A stretch of DNA of 62,992 bases, counting the filler, from Octopus bimaculoides (taxonomy: Eukaryota), in the NCBI RefSeq assembly GCF_001194135.2. It is 4 parts of 3 records of this genome, joined end to end, with 100 filler letters (N's around TTAATTAATTAA, not from the genome) between each part and the next. Parts side by side here need not be neighbours in the genome. Positions count along the whole stretch, not along the records: positions 1 to 25,268 come from NC_068986.1; 3 more parts are not named here. One strand, written 5' to 3'. The stretch's first letter is position 1. Every line of letters starts with the position of its first letter. Both the position numbers and the translations under genes were made by a program. Positions 12,249 through 24,690 of the stretch are shown here, piece by piece. The notes under the pieces are model-generated. The model saw only the letters and a list, made by a program, of their open reading frames with translations, was not told where the DNA came from and did no database searches.

Positions 12249-15200
12249 AGGCTTGTAAATGAGCCCTAGGCCACATAAATGTGGAGATTAACCTGGTTTC
12301 TAAGGCATATAAAATGTCTGGAATGATTACAGGTAAGTTCCCTGTGGTGAATTGATGACAGTGAACTTACCCTGCGGTGAATTGATGATGGTGAACTTAC
12401 CAGACATGGTCTGGGGTTATACCATTCTTCCCAAAAAGGACACTAGTCCATTGCAGGGTCTATTTCTCAGCTATTGCTGCAGCTCATTTATGGACTGGAG
12501 CAATGCTAAATGAAGTTTCTTTGCTCATGTACAGCTTGGGAATTGAAACCACAATCTTACTATTGTGAATGCAACACCCTAACCACTCAGCCATGTGCCT
12601 TCATACTCTAATGTATTACTGTTATTTCACTGATTCCTACTACATATGTACTCAGAGACAAGGAGGCTAAAATAACACTTAGTAGTTTAATACAATTGCT
12701 CCAACATCCTGGTATTTTCACCATCTGCAGCATTCTTCTCCATTATATAATATTATTATTATAGAACCACAACAGAAACATTGTTGTCCTCATCACTACT
12801 TACTTAAGTACATCCCTTCACCTTTCTAATTCAAGTGGTTTGCGTTAATGTTCAAACAGTTGGCAAATTACGCAATAGTCTTCTCCCAACTCGGCTGTTG
12901 CCACCAGTTTCATTTCACACACAAATAGAATAAATCAGGCTTGTGTTTTGTTTTTTCATTCCCCTCCCCCTCTTTTTGATTAATTCTCATGTTTTTAGCC
13001 AGTGTCCAATTGTAGAGTTTGTTCTATTTCCATTCTATTTATACTAATGTGATTATTGTCCAGTAGAATTCTACTGACATAAAACCTGCTTGCCATTAAT
13101 TTTTTTTACTGTAGGAAGTATAAAAACAAAGGATCAGACATTCTATTATGTTAACCAAAAATGTTATCATGACTTCTGCCACGTTTTCATACATAATCCA
13201 GTTTACACTTCACCAACAGCACCACACAGTGCAAAGTATAAACACTGGCAATATGAATCTATTATACTTGGTTTCAATTCTACACTGAAACCTTTTAAAT
13301 TTAGTCTATGCTGTTAAAACCCCAGGGAAAGCTATAACTACAACACACCCTTAACATTCCAAACAAGCAAGCCAATTGGGAAGACTAGGCCAGTGATTCT
13401 CAGCCTTTTCTATGTCTTGCAACCCTAGAAAATATTTGATTTATTTTTGTAACTTCTGTGAAAGTAATATCACATTCAAAGATGATGGAAAAGGAAATTT
13501 TCTAATAACTAATTTTTGCTTTAAATTGAACCACATACAATAAATATGGTCTGATAATAAAGTTTTTGGTGTGTTTAATAGAACAAAATTGTTTTTGAGA
13601 GTAAATGAATTTTATTCCAGAGTGTAATTTTTATAAAGTGTATTAGTGCAGATTTGGCTGTGTGGTAAGAAATTTGTAGTCCAATCATATGGTCTCGGGT
13701 ACTTTGGGCAACTGTGGTACCTTGGATGTCTTCTCTATAGCTCTGGGCCAACCGTAGCCTGACGAGTAGATTTGGTTGATGGAAACTGAAAGAAGCCCAT
13801 CATATTTATGTATGTGTGTGTCTGTGTCTTTGCTTCGACTTCATGTGATAGTTGTAAACAAATGTCACCTTCACGTATGTGGTGTCCTTCATTTCCAAAA
13901 TTCTGTGAAAACATGTCTGATCATGGGGAAATACTTATTACCTTGGAAACAGATGAAGGTTGATGACAAGGAAGGCATCCAGATATGGAAAATGCACCTC
14001 AATGGATTCCATCCAACCTATGCATACAGAAAAGTAGACATTAAAAACAACAATAATGATGAGGAGGAGGAGGATTATATACATTGCTCTCTTTCCTCTT
14101 TGTTGTACCTTCTGAAATGCCATCTTGCATCTCAAGAAGGTGGAGTAGGCACTCCAAGTTTGGAACCCCTTCTCTAAGTAATCGCTTAACCTTTTAGAAA
14201 TGGCAGCTGAACTACCTCAAGTAACAGCTTACTATCTTATGGAAAAAAAGGGATAAAAGTGGAATGACATAATGTATAAAGTAATCCTACATATACAGAA
14301 AAACATGATTGCCACAGCTGGAATATGGGCACTTCTGATCACAAACAGTTGAGGTTTATTCTATGGCTCTACATAATGTGAAATAATTCCAGTTTGGTAA
14401 ATTTTCCTTAATACATAACAGCATTTTATTATTCTTAAAACAGATTTAGTTTTGCTGCAAAAATAATGCCATTATAATTATTTTTGCTTCAAGATTATGT
14501 TCTAAGACCATGTTATATTTAATATCTTTAATCTGTTTTCTTATACTGAAATGTTTATAAACATGTTTCGTGTCATGGCTTGTCATTTTTATTCTGTGTA
14601 AGATAGTTATTTATATCTTGTCCCCACCACACACACACACTTTGCAAAAAAGAAATCTTTGCATGTGATTAATTTCATTAGTTTACTCTCTTCTCTCACC
14701 CCAACCTTTTAAAAAAAAAACAAAAGTTTATTGTGTTCATAAGCCTAACCGTATAGTTAAGAAGTTTGCTTCACAAGCTCATGGCTTGAGGTTAAATCTC
14801 ACAACATACCACTTTCATCAAGTGCTTTCTTACCAAGACCTTGAACTGATTAAATGCTCCTCAGTAAGATTCAATATGAGGAAATCAATCACATTTGAAG
14901 AAGAGTGGAGAAGAATTAGTGTATCTTTTATCTTTCACTTGTTTCAGTCATTGGACTATGGCCATGCTGGAGCACTGCCTTGAAGAGTTTTAGTTAACTC
15001 ACTCCTCAACTTCAGTACTTATTTTTTAAAGCCTGGTACTTATTCTATCAGTCTCTTATGTCAAACTACTAAGTTACAAGGGTGTAAACAAACCAGCACC
15101 AGTTGTTAAGTGGTGGTGGGAATGACAAACACATACACGTAGATATATATACATATATATTAGTAAAGGATAAAACAAAAATATTTTGTTGTGATCGTTT

Positions 15201-15515
15201 ATATAAAGATAGGATAAAGTTCCTTTCTAAGTCATGTAGACTCATAGGACCAGTGTTCTGGTTTCCATGGCATATATATTCCCCACCTGGACAGAACACT
15301 GGTCTGTCACAGGGTTACTCATTTTTGCCAGTTGAGCAAACGTGCCTAGTGCCGTGTGAAATGAAGTGTTTTTCTCAAGAACACAATCCATTGCCTGGTC
15401 TAGGAATCAAAACCTCAATCTTATGATCATGAGTCCAACACCCTAGCTACTAAGCCAGCCACATGCTAGCACAATCATTTACATATTCCTGCTTTTAATA
15501 TTTTAATGTCCAAGT

Positions 15516-15945
15516 CAGTGAGCTGGCAGAATTGTTAGCATGCTGGGTAAAATACTTAGCAACATTTTGTCTGTCTTCACATTCTGAGTTCAAATTCCAC
15601 TGTGGTCTACTTTGCCTTTCATCCTTTTGGGGTTGATAAAATAAGTACCAGTTAAACACGGGGGTCGACTAGCCCCCACTCCCCTGAAATTTCAAGCCTT
15701 GTGCCTAAAGTAGAAAGGATTGTTATTATTATGGTGGTGAGCTGGAAGAATTGTTAGCACACTGGGGAAAACGCTTAGCAACATTTCATCTGTTTTCACA
15801 TACTGAGTTCAAATTCTGCCGTGGTCTACATCACCTTTCATTCTTTCAGGGTCGATAAAATAAGTATCAGCTGAACACTGGGGTTAGCCTAATTGACTTA
15901 CCCACTCCCCTGAAATTGCTGGCCTTGTGCCAAAATTCGGAATCA
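15516..15945 (+). mobile_element. Two tandem F3 (Deu/Nin-like) SINEs
   Basis: Copies start near 15516 and 15733, each with gcctttcatcc-ggggtcgataaaataagtaccag-like cores. Confidence 0.8.
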
Positions 15946-16958
15946 GTATTTTGTGCCCAGGTGGAATTTTACTTTTCATCCTTCTATGTTCACGACAAGC
16001 AGAAGGGATAAAGTATTGCATTGAAGAAAAAAAAAAAATCAACTTAATACTCTTGAACTGCAGTACCCCAGCGTGGCAAGAGTTCAATGACTGAACGACA
16101 AAGAGTTTTTTTTTAAAGATAAATTTAATCTCCATGTATTATGTTGCCTAGCAGATTTCACGTGCCACCCCACAGCAAAACCAATCGATCTCCTACTTGT
16201 TGATTTGTAAGAAGTGGCTATATTTGTCCTATGACTGGCAACAAAGAGCAAAACTAATAATAATAATAATAATGATAATGATGATAATGCTGTAGAAGGC
16301 TGACTGCTGAACAATGATTAGCATCTCCCCCTTCCACTCTTTTTCTTTCAGTCACAAATTACACTACCAAAGAGAGTGACCAGTTTTGTATGGGTCCTTA
16401 TGATTTCTATCTCAGATAACTTAAGCATCTCAGTAAATCTCTTTTGTAATGATGATGATGATGATGATAAATTGTTTTTAGATGATAACCTGAACTTCAC
16501 CATCAGGCGTTTCATTTCTATCATACCACACACGTACTCTCTACATGCACAAATACATGCTCACAGCAGAAGGCGTGAGGTTAATGACCTGAGTAAGCGA
16601 CACCATTGCTTATCTGGCAGCCGTTTCTAGTTTACCTGAACAGATGCATGGTTAGTGTATGGAGAGGGCATTCACCATTCAAACTAGGTTGGATAAACAA
16701 CAAATACCAAAAGTACATCCCCACATGACCTGCAGAACGTTATTGGAAAACCTACATCATCAATAACTGAAATGAGTTACAAAAAAAAAGTATAAAAGAA
16801 TAACAGTATTTATGTGTGTTTAAACATATAGGAATGTGTTATTCGTTTGTGTATATGTGTGCGTATTTATAGAAAGGGAGGGTATCTGTCTATCCATCCA
16901 TTAGTTTATCCATGTGTGTGTGTGCACACACACATATATGTATCTATACATATACATG

Positions 16959-16992
<34 letters not shown>

Positions 16993-17219
16993 CATGTATA
17001 TATAAAGGTAAGATCCAAGAATCTAGGTGTAGGAAGAAAATGAGCTTCAAGCAATCTGTAGAAAATATATAAAAAAACAACTTTCAGGAACAATAATAGT
17101 TTATTGGTGCAGAATGTTGTGAATTTTTCCTATATCGAAGCACAATAAGCTAAAAAAATTATTTTATAATTCATGGTTGGCAACCAAGGTTGCCGGGTAT
17201 GCAAATAAAAATCCTAAAG

Positions 17220-17700
17220 TTAGGTATTTACTACTTCTGAGGTTCCACTCGCTATGAAACATGTAGCCTGGATTTTATCTACACCTTAGCACCATGATGG
17301 CATCTGATGTGGCTTTTTAAACTAGACAATGTTCTGAAAAGACACCCACATAGATTGCACATCCGATTTGGACCACCAAGAGCTGCAGATAAGTTCTGAT
17401 CTTTGTGGATCTTAAAATGTCTTTTGAAGCCTCCGTTAGATTTGCAAACCTTCTGGCATACACTGTATTCAAAGGTGTGCACAGACATATAGGCAGAATA
17501 GTTGGTGGAGCTTTGTTTTCCATGGGTTCGCAAATGAGATTTGAGCCCAGCAAAAGAAAGGCATAGTCTTTCACAAACTGTCAGGTCGCTCTTGAGTGCT
17601 ACTGGTAACATGTAATTCAGTACAACCTGTCACATGGTCTGGTTGTCGGCGACTAAACTGGCAACCCCACCAGGCTTGCTTGGTGAGGAGGGTGTTATTG
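17220..17700 (-). pseudogene. LINE (RTE-like) ORF2 C-terminal remnant with three C2H2 zinc-finger motifs
   Basis: ORF 17279-17611 contains CERLCLSFAGLKSHLRTH, (Y)SVCQKVCKSNGGFKRHFKIH and CNLCGCLFRTLSSLKSHIRCH. It lacks TGEKP linkers, the upstream frame is degenerate, and it is bounded by a microsatellite. Confidence 0.6.
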
Positions 17701-17746
17701 GACACTCTGCGGGATAAAAATATATTTATATAGATATATATATATG

Positions 17747-17791
<45 letters not shown>

Positions 17792-17820
17792 ACATATATG
17801 TATATAGTTTAAAGATCCAT

Positions 17821-18268
17821 CATCATCATCATCATCATCATCGTTTAACGTCCGCTTTCCATGCTAGCATGGGTTGGACGATTTGACTGAGGACTGGTGA
17901 AACCGGATGGCAACACCAGGCTCCAATCTAATTTGGCAGAGTTTCTACAGCTGGATGCCCTTCCTAACGCCAACCACTCAGAGAGTGTAGTGGGTGCTTT
18001 TACGTGTCACCCGCACGAAGGCCGGTCAGGCGGCACTGGCAACGGCTACGCTCGAAATGGTGTGTCTTATGTGCCACCCGCACAAAAGCCAGTCATGGGG
18101 CACTGGCAACGATCTCGCTCGAAAACCCTACGAAGGCCAGTCAGGCGGCACTGGCAACGGTCACGCTCAAAATGGTGCATCTCATGTGCCACCCGCACAA
18201 GAACCAGTCCAGGGGCACTGGCAACGATCTCACTTGGCTTGCCAGGTCTTCTCACGCACAGCACATAT
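17821..18268 (-). mobile_element. Young RTE-type LINE 3' end with an internal 50-67 bp VNTR and a (GAT)n tail
   Basis: Same tail as 2651 and 6908. The - strand ends ORF2 with ...VREKTWQAK*. CpGs are retained. Confidence 0.75.
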
Positions 18269-18269
18269 A

Positions 18270-19535
18270 TATCGTCGTCGTCGTTTAACGTCCGCTTTCC
18301 ATGCTAGCATGGGTTGGACGATTTGACTGAGGACTGGTGAAACCAGATGGCTACACCAGGCTCCAATCTGATTTGGCAGTGTTTCCACAGCTGGATGCCC
18401 TNNNNNNNNNNNNNNNNNNNNNNNNNNNNNNNNNNNNNNNNNNNNNNNNNNNNNNNNNNNNNNNNNNNNNNNNNNNNNNNNNNNNNNNNNNNNNNNNNNN
18501 NNNNNNNNNNNNNNNNNNNNNNNNNNNNNNNNNNNNNNNNNNNNNNNNNNNNNNNNNNNNNNNNNNNNNNNNNNNNNNNNNNNNNNNNNNNNNNNNNNNN
18601 NNNNNNNNNNNNNNNNNNNNNNNNNNNNNNNNNNNNNNNNNNNNNNNNNNNNNNNNNNNNNNNNNNNNNNNNNNNNNNNNNNNNNNNNNNNNNNNNNNNN
18701 NNNNNNNNNNNNNNNNNNNNNNNNNNNNNNNNNNNNNNNNNNNNNNNNNNNNNNNNNNNNNNNNNNNNNNNNNNNNNNNNNNNNNNNNNNNNNNNNNNNN
18801 NNNNNNNNNNNNNNNNNNNNNNNNNNNNNNNNNNNNNNNNNNNNNNNNNNNNNNNNNNNNNNNNNNNNNNNNNNNNNNNNNNNNNNNNNNNNNNNNNNNN
18901 NNNNNNNNNNNNNNNNNNNNNNNNNNNNNNNNNNNNNNNNNNNNNNNNNNNNNNNNNNNNNNNNNNNNNNNNNNNNNNNNNNNNNNNNNNNNNNNNNNNN
19001 NNNNNNNNNNNNNNNNNNNNNNNNNNNNNNNNNNNNNNNNNNNNNNNNNNNNNNNNNNNNNNNNNNNNNNNNNNNNNNNNNNNNNNNNNNNNNNNNNNNN
19101 NNNNNNNNNNNNNNNNNNNNNNNNNNNNNNNNNNNNNNNNNNNNNNNNNNNNNNNNNNNNNNNNNNNNNNNNNNNNNNNNNNNNNNNNNNNNNNNNNNNN
19201 NNNNNNNNNNNNNNNNNNNNNNNNNNNNNNNNNNNNNNNNNNNNNNNNNNNNNNNNNNNNNNNNNNNGCCCGCACGAGCCAGTCCAGGGACACTGGCAAC
19301 GATCCCGCTTGAAAGATTTCATGTGTCGCCCGCACATGAGCCAGTCCAGGGGCACTGGCAACGATCCCACTCGAAACATTTCATGTGTCACCCGCACAAG
19401 AGCCAGTCCAGGGGCACTGGCAATGATCTCGCTCAAAAGTTATCATGTGTCGCCCGCACATGAGCCAGTCCAGGGGAACTGGCAACGACCCCGCTCGAAA
19501 GATTTCATGTGTCACCCGCACATGAGCCAGTCCAG
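18270..19535 (-). mobile_element. Second adjacent RTE-type 3' end; gap in the middle, 62-bp VNTR at the far end
   Basis: Restarts with (gtc)n-gtttaacgtccgctttcc at about 18272. Units begin at 19269, 19329, 19391, 19453 and 19515. Confidence 0.7.
19269..19535. repeat. 60-62 bp tandem minisatellite, at least 4.3 units
   Basis: Approximate unit CCCGCACATGAGCCAGTCCAGGGGCACTGGCAACGATCCCGCTCGAAAGATTTCATGTGTCA. Confidence 0.95.
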
Positions 19536-21202
19536 GATAGAGGGAAAATCAACAAAAAAGTGAGAGATGAATATCAATTTAACTACACAACCAAAAGAGC
19601 TACTAATAGCTTCATGCTATTATGATACATGAACAGGCATATTTATAAAATACTTACAAACTGAGCCTGAAGGATTGCTGTAAGATACATGGAGTGTTTT
19701 ATAAATATACCTGTTCAAGTATCACAATAGCAGGAAACTATTAGTAGGTCTTTCAGTCATGCATTTAAATTTACACACACACGCACGCACGCACGCACGC
19801 ATGCATGCATGCATGCAAGCAAGCGCGCACGAACACATAGGTGTAAAAAAAAGTTGGGAGGAAATGGTACTCAAATTCTAATGGAAGAGTAAAATAATAT
19901 TTTATTGAAGCTGAATTTTCAACTTCAGTAAAATACTACATATATATATATATATATATATATAAAATTTCATTTCGGTGTTAATAGTCATGTATATTAT
20001 TGTATAACATAGTAGTATTCATGAGATCAAGTTTCAATGAAACCGGCCATAAATTGATGTAATAAAAGGACTTGCTAATTCCATTCTCCTTGTTTGTAAT
20101 TATATATATATATATATCATCGTCATCATCATTTTTACATGTTTAGAGTATTAAGTTAAAATCTTTCATGTTAATGACCTGGAACTTAGCTTAATATTTC
20201 ATTCTTTTTGGTGGGTGTAGGCTTAATATAGTGAGTTCTAGGTAACAGAGTAGCTTTTTTAGGGTGGTACTGCTTGCTCATAAGCATGAGAGATGATTAG
20301 AAATTGTATTTCAAGCAAATGTGCCGCCTCAAAAATCTGGTTAGTTTTTTATGCAGTGACTGGTGGATTATATATCCATTGCAGCAACAACACCTTACAG
20401 AAAAAAAAACAAAGCAAATTCTACATGATGTTCATCTTCCATCATGATGAAAAGAGCAAGCTGGAATATACAAACACTTATGGACAATGAGAACAGTGAA
20501 CAATCTCATCATATAACTACTTTGATCATACAAAGTAGTTATTTCACTATGATATTCATATCTCTCAGACATTCATCTTTCTGATGATCAACTCACTGAA
20601 GAGCTTTATGGATATTCTTTTATTGGAAAGGAATTCTTACAAGAGAAAGAGAGAGAGAGAAGATCATGTGCATCAAATGTACATTTAAAATTTCTTTTTA
20701 GCTGATCAGCGTGACCAATCTTTCTTCTTCCCCATACTAGAAAGCAATCATTTTGTAACTAGGTTTATACATGCCTACTATGAGTCAGTTTGAAGATGAA
20801 TTATTGTGTGTGTATGTTTAGGTATATACCCTTGTCTAGACTTCATGTGATAATTGTAAATGAGCATCATCGTTATACAAGCAAATTGTTTCCAGTTTTC
20901 CATGAAAAACATGCTTAGTTGGTGGGAGGGAATACCTCCTAGCTTGGTAACAGATAAGGGTTGACAATAGGAAAGATATCTGGATGTAAAAAATATACTT
21001 CAACAAATTCTGTCTGACCCATGCAAGCATGGAAAAGTGGATGTTAAATGATGGTTATGATTGTGCGTGCGTATTATATATATATATGCATTTAATGTTC
21101 ATGTTACTTTTTTTATATTATGCATGTTGTTTCTATTTCCATGTCTGCATGCCTTTACTTTTAAAGCAGCTTAACTTTTCTTATTTTAATTTGTCTTTAT
21201 AG

Positions 21203-21328
21203 CCATTTCTAGGAAGTGGTGAAGCTTCCAACCGAATAGTTGGCCGTATCAAAATGGGGTCAGACACTCTAGCTGTGATAGAGGGCCATTGGGACCAAGA
21301 AGTGTTTATTAAAGACAAGCGTTCAGAG
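21203..21328 (+). CDS. OSBPL8: OSBPL8/OSBPL5-like internal exon
   Basis: Acceptor tttatAG, donor GTAAGA, 126 bp, phase 0/0. Encodes PFLGSGEASNRIVGRIKMGSDTLAVIEGHWDQEVFIKDKRSE versus human PFLGSSDCVNQISGKLKLGKEVLATLEGHWDSEVFITDKK. Directly continues the 1932-2029 exon. Confidence 0.93.
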
Positions 21329-22142
21329 GTAAGAGAAATACATATTGTTTAGTTGTTAATTATATTTATGTTGTTGTTGTTGTCTAGTCTGAAGTCACCC
21401 TTGATTAAGCAAATTATAGACATTCCAGTCAATCATTCTCATCTTTTTGCAGATCATCCCAGGCATGACTGTGTGCTCAAGAAGCTTGCTTAGCAACCAT
21501 GTGGTTTTGGGTTCAGTCCTACTACATAGCACCTTGGACAAACATCTTTTACTACAGCCCTGGACTGGCTAATGCTTTGTGACTGAATTTGGTAGACAGA
21601 AAATGTGTTGCACATGCGTGTGTGTATGTATGTATGTATGTATGTATGTATGTATGTATGTATGTATGTGTCCCTATCCTCTTAACAATTGGTGTTGGTT
21701 TGTTTACATCACCGTAACTTATTGCTTCAGCACAAATAACTGATAGAATAAATCCCAGACTTAAAAAGATATGTAATGGGATTGATTTGTTCAATTTAAA
21801 ACTCTTCAAGGCAGTGCCCCAGCATGGTCATAGTCCAATAACTGAAAGCAAGTAAATAATAAAAGATATGGCGTTTCCAATCTAAGCTCAGAAGGAATAG
21901 TCTTGAGGGTAATTTGGTTGCTATTTCTAGTGGATCTGGTGGCCACATAGAAGTTCCCTAGTTTTGCTATTGTTTTGGGAATGATTGATGGGAGTAGAGA
22001 AAATTAAACAATGTTATGACAGTTCTAGTCCAAAGTGATTTGTGAGTGTGACATGGTGTTTTCTGTATGATGTTATCCAATACAGAGAAGCAGTTGAAAA
22101 GAGTTACAAGTAACAAATTTATTTTTTCTCTTTTTATTTCAG

Positions 22143-22243
22143 GAGATACAGATGTTTTGGAATCCTTCACAAGAAGTAATAAGTCAAAGACTAAAACGAT
22201 TTACTGTTCCTTTGGAACATCAGGACGAAATGGAATCTGAATT
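22143..22243 (+). CDS. OSBPL8: OSBPL8/OSBPL5-like internal exon
   Basis: Polypyrimidine tract plus tttcAG, donor GTAAGT. Encodes EIQMFWNPSQEVISQRLKRFTVPLEHQDEMESE(L) versus human EVFWNPTPDIKQWRLIRHTVKFEEQGDFESEK. Confidence 0.9.
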
Positions 22244-22279
22244 GTAAGTCTTTCACACACACATTTAAATTTAGTTGTA

Positions 22280-22837
22280 GAGTGATGAATGCCTCGGTAT
22301 ACGAGTTAATTTATTCCCAGAGGCCAGTTGTAAAGTGAAAACTTGTAAAGCAGAGCAATAATTTCCCATAGTAGCAATATTACAAATTGCAATTCATTCC
22401 CAGAAACATATTTTACCTGTAAAATTTATAATACTCGTAAATAAATGGCAATAAAATAGTGGTAGAATGTAAAGAACATTTTATGTAAAGTAAAAAGAAT
22501 GTCACGGTCATTTGTAATAAAAAATATTATTATAATCATTTTCTGAATCACTTTCACTCACACTAGACTCGTGCACACTGTCACTTGTAGATGCTATTGC
22601 CGATTCACAAGCACTCTTAGACAGACTTGTAAATTTCTTTTTAAAAAAATGTCTGGAGTTGTTTGCTAAGAAGAAGCTTTTTTTTGCTCTCTATAAATTT
22701 CTCAGTAACACAGAAGCATTTGTTTTGGTAGTAGAAACTTTTGCACTTAGTTCAAAATTTGGATCTTGTGCTTGAAAAATAAAACTCGTAAACCCAGGGT
22801 TTCGTAAAGCAGGTCCTCGTAAAGTGAGGTATTACTG
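22280..22837. mobile_element. Tigger/pogo-like non-autonomous element
   Basis: Right end cctcgtaaagtgaggtattactg|TA; degenerate left end TA|gagtgatgaatgcctcggtatacgag. Confidence 0.55.
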
Positions 22838-23874
22838 TATATTTAAACTGATTTTCTTGTGTCTTTTCTAGTGGTTTCTCTAATAAAGTACTTCTTACAC
22901 TCTTTGTATATTGAACTGGAATTTAAATATCTCCAGCTCTTAGTTAAGTGGTATTCAACAAACTTCTTTTAAAATCTCATATTTTATATTTTACTTGTTT
23001 TAGTCATTGGGCTGTGGCCAAGCTAGGACAGCGCCTTGACGGGTTTAGCGAAACTAATCAACCCTACTGCTTATTTTTTAAAGTCTGATACTTATTCTAC
23101 TAGTCTTTTTCGCTGAACTGCGAAGTTGTGGGGGATGTAAACAAACCAACACTGGTTTCCAAGTACTGTGAGGGATACACACACACACACACACACACAC
23201 GACAACATATATGACAAGCTTCCACTCAGATTCTGTCTACCAAATTCACTTACAATGCATTTGTTGACCCAGGGCTATAGTAGAAGACACTTGCCCAAGG
23301 TGCTACACAGTGGGACTGAACCTGAAACCATGATGTTTCAAAGTGAGCTTCTTAATCATGTGGCTTTTTTTTTTATATTTGCACACTTCTCACTTTTTAC
23401 ATTTCGTATGTTGGAAGCTTAGAGCATTTTATATCTGATTAAGCATGCCCATAATGTGATTTAAATCCTTCATCTCTCAGACCTTAATTGTCAAGAAAAT
23501 TTCCTCCCCAATGCTTAGAAATATAAAAAAAAGTTATCAGTGAAAATGCTCTACAATCCCCAAGAACTGCCATTCTCAAGAGTAGCATCTCTGACCTCAG
23601 TGACTATTGACCTGTTTCTCTGACTTCAATATTTCAAAAGTGATGGAGTCAGTTGTTAATGGCCACTGTCTCCAACATTGTGTCCCTCTTCTCTTCTTTT
23701 TCTTTAAAGATCATCAATATATCTTCTAAAAAGCTAGGTTAACTGGAACCTGCTCTTGTATGTCACTCACAAGGAATGAGCCCTTATATTTGAGAAACAT
23801 GGTAAAAACTGTGATGTCATGTTTGACATCGACAAGATGTCTGACAGTATCTAGCATGCAAATCTACTACTTAA

Positions 23875-24106
23875 TCCTTCAGTATTTAAACCGGCCATAT
23901 CCAGCCAAAATAATTTATCTGTTTTCTCTTCAAACTGGCCAGATCCGACCTCTCACACTTTATTATTCTAAAAATAAACAACCATGTCATTGAAATCTCA
24001 AAGTTGCAAGGTAATGCATGTAATACTTATTTACTCACATTGATAAAAAATTTTTATCAATGTGAGTAAATAATTATTACATTTGACAGATCTGAATGCC
24101 AATGGG
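23875..24106. mobile_element. piggyBac-type MITE containing a 47-bp palindrome
   Basis: TTAA|tccttcagtattt...gaatgccaatggg|TTAA; same family as 11810 and 37184. Confidence 0.75.
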
Positions 24107-24159
24107 TTAAGCTGTCAGCTTATGAGTCTCATATGTCTTTTGTCTCTTTAATGTGAAGC

Positions 24160-24690
24160 TTCATGTCAGATCACTGCATCCACTGAAGTAGCTGTCTCTG
24201 ACCAACATTCTATCAACTCAGCAGAGCTTGGTTTTATATCTCCTACACTTTTCTTCATGTACATCAATGACTTACAGTTGCCTCTGACAGTGTTCATTCC
24301 TAAGTAGATGATACCCTCTTTCACTCCTCACACTAACTTTTTGCACACAGCTGCCATCTATACTTTTCCTAACGTGACCAACACTATTAATTCAACAAAC
24401 CTGCTTTATGTACATGAACAGCAGAGACATATCAATGTTGTCTCTTTCAACAGCACAAAGACACAACCATTGGCTCATCAAGGAAATAATCTTGCACACA
24501 CCCACCTCACAGTTATAGAACAATGTACAATCAAATACAAACCTCAAAACTGCTTTAAATGCTACTTGTCACAATCTTTGATCATCTCTCTTGGTGGCTT
24601 CACATACACAACACACCAAATACTCTATCTCAAAGACTTGTTTATCTCTTTAAGTCTAAAATATACTTCAGCTAATAACGGTTTCTAACT
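24160..24690 (+). pseudogene. CR1/L2/Jockey-like LINE reverse transcriptase remnant
   Basis: Translated fragments NSAELGFISPTLFFMYINDL, HS*VDDTL and VSFNSTKTQ resemble SGVPQGSVLSPTLF.IYINDL, FADD and VSFNASKTQ. Confidence 0.6.

Noticed and set aside
17279-17611. Host C2H2-ZNF transcription factor gene
   Set aside because: No TGEKP linkers, damaged Cys ligands, no convincing splice sites, and a degenerate upstream frame. A retroelement tail fits better.
18008-19535. Repeat array with semi-variable intervals, superficially CRISPR-like
   Set aside because: The variable parts are mutated versions of each other rather than unique spacers. There are no cas genes, and it lies in a eukaryotic LINE 3' UTR.
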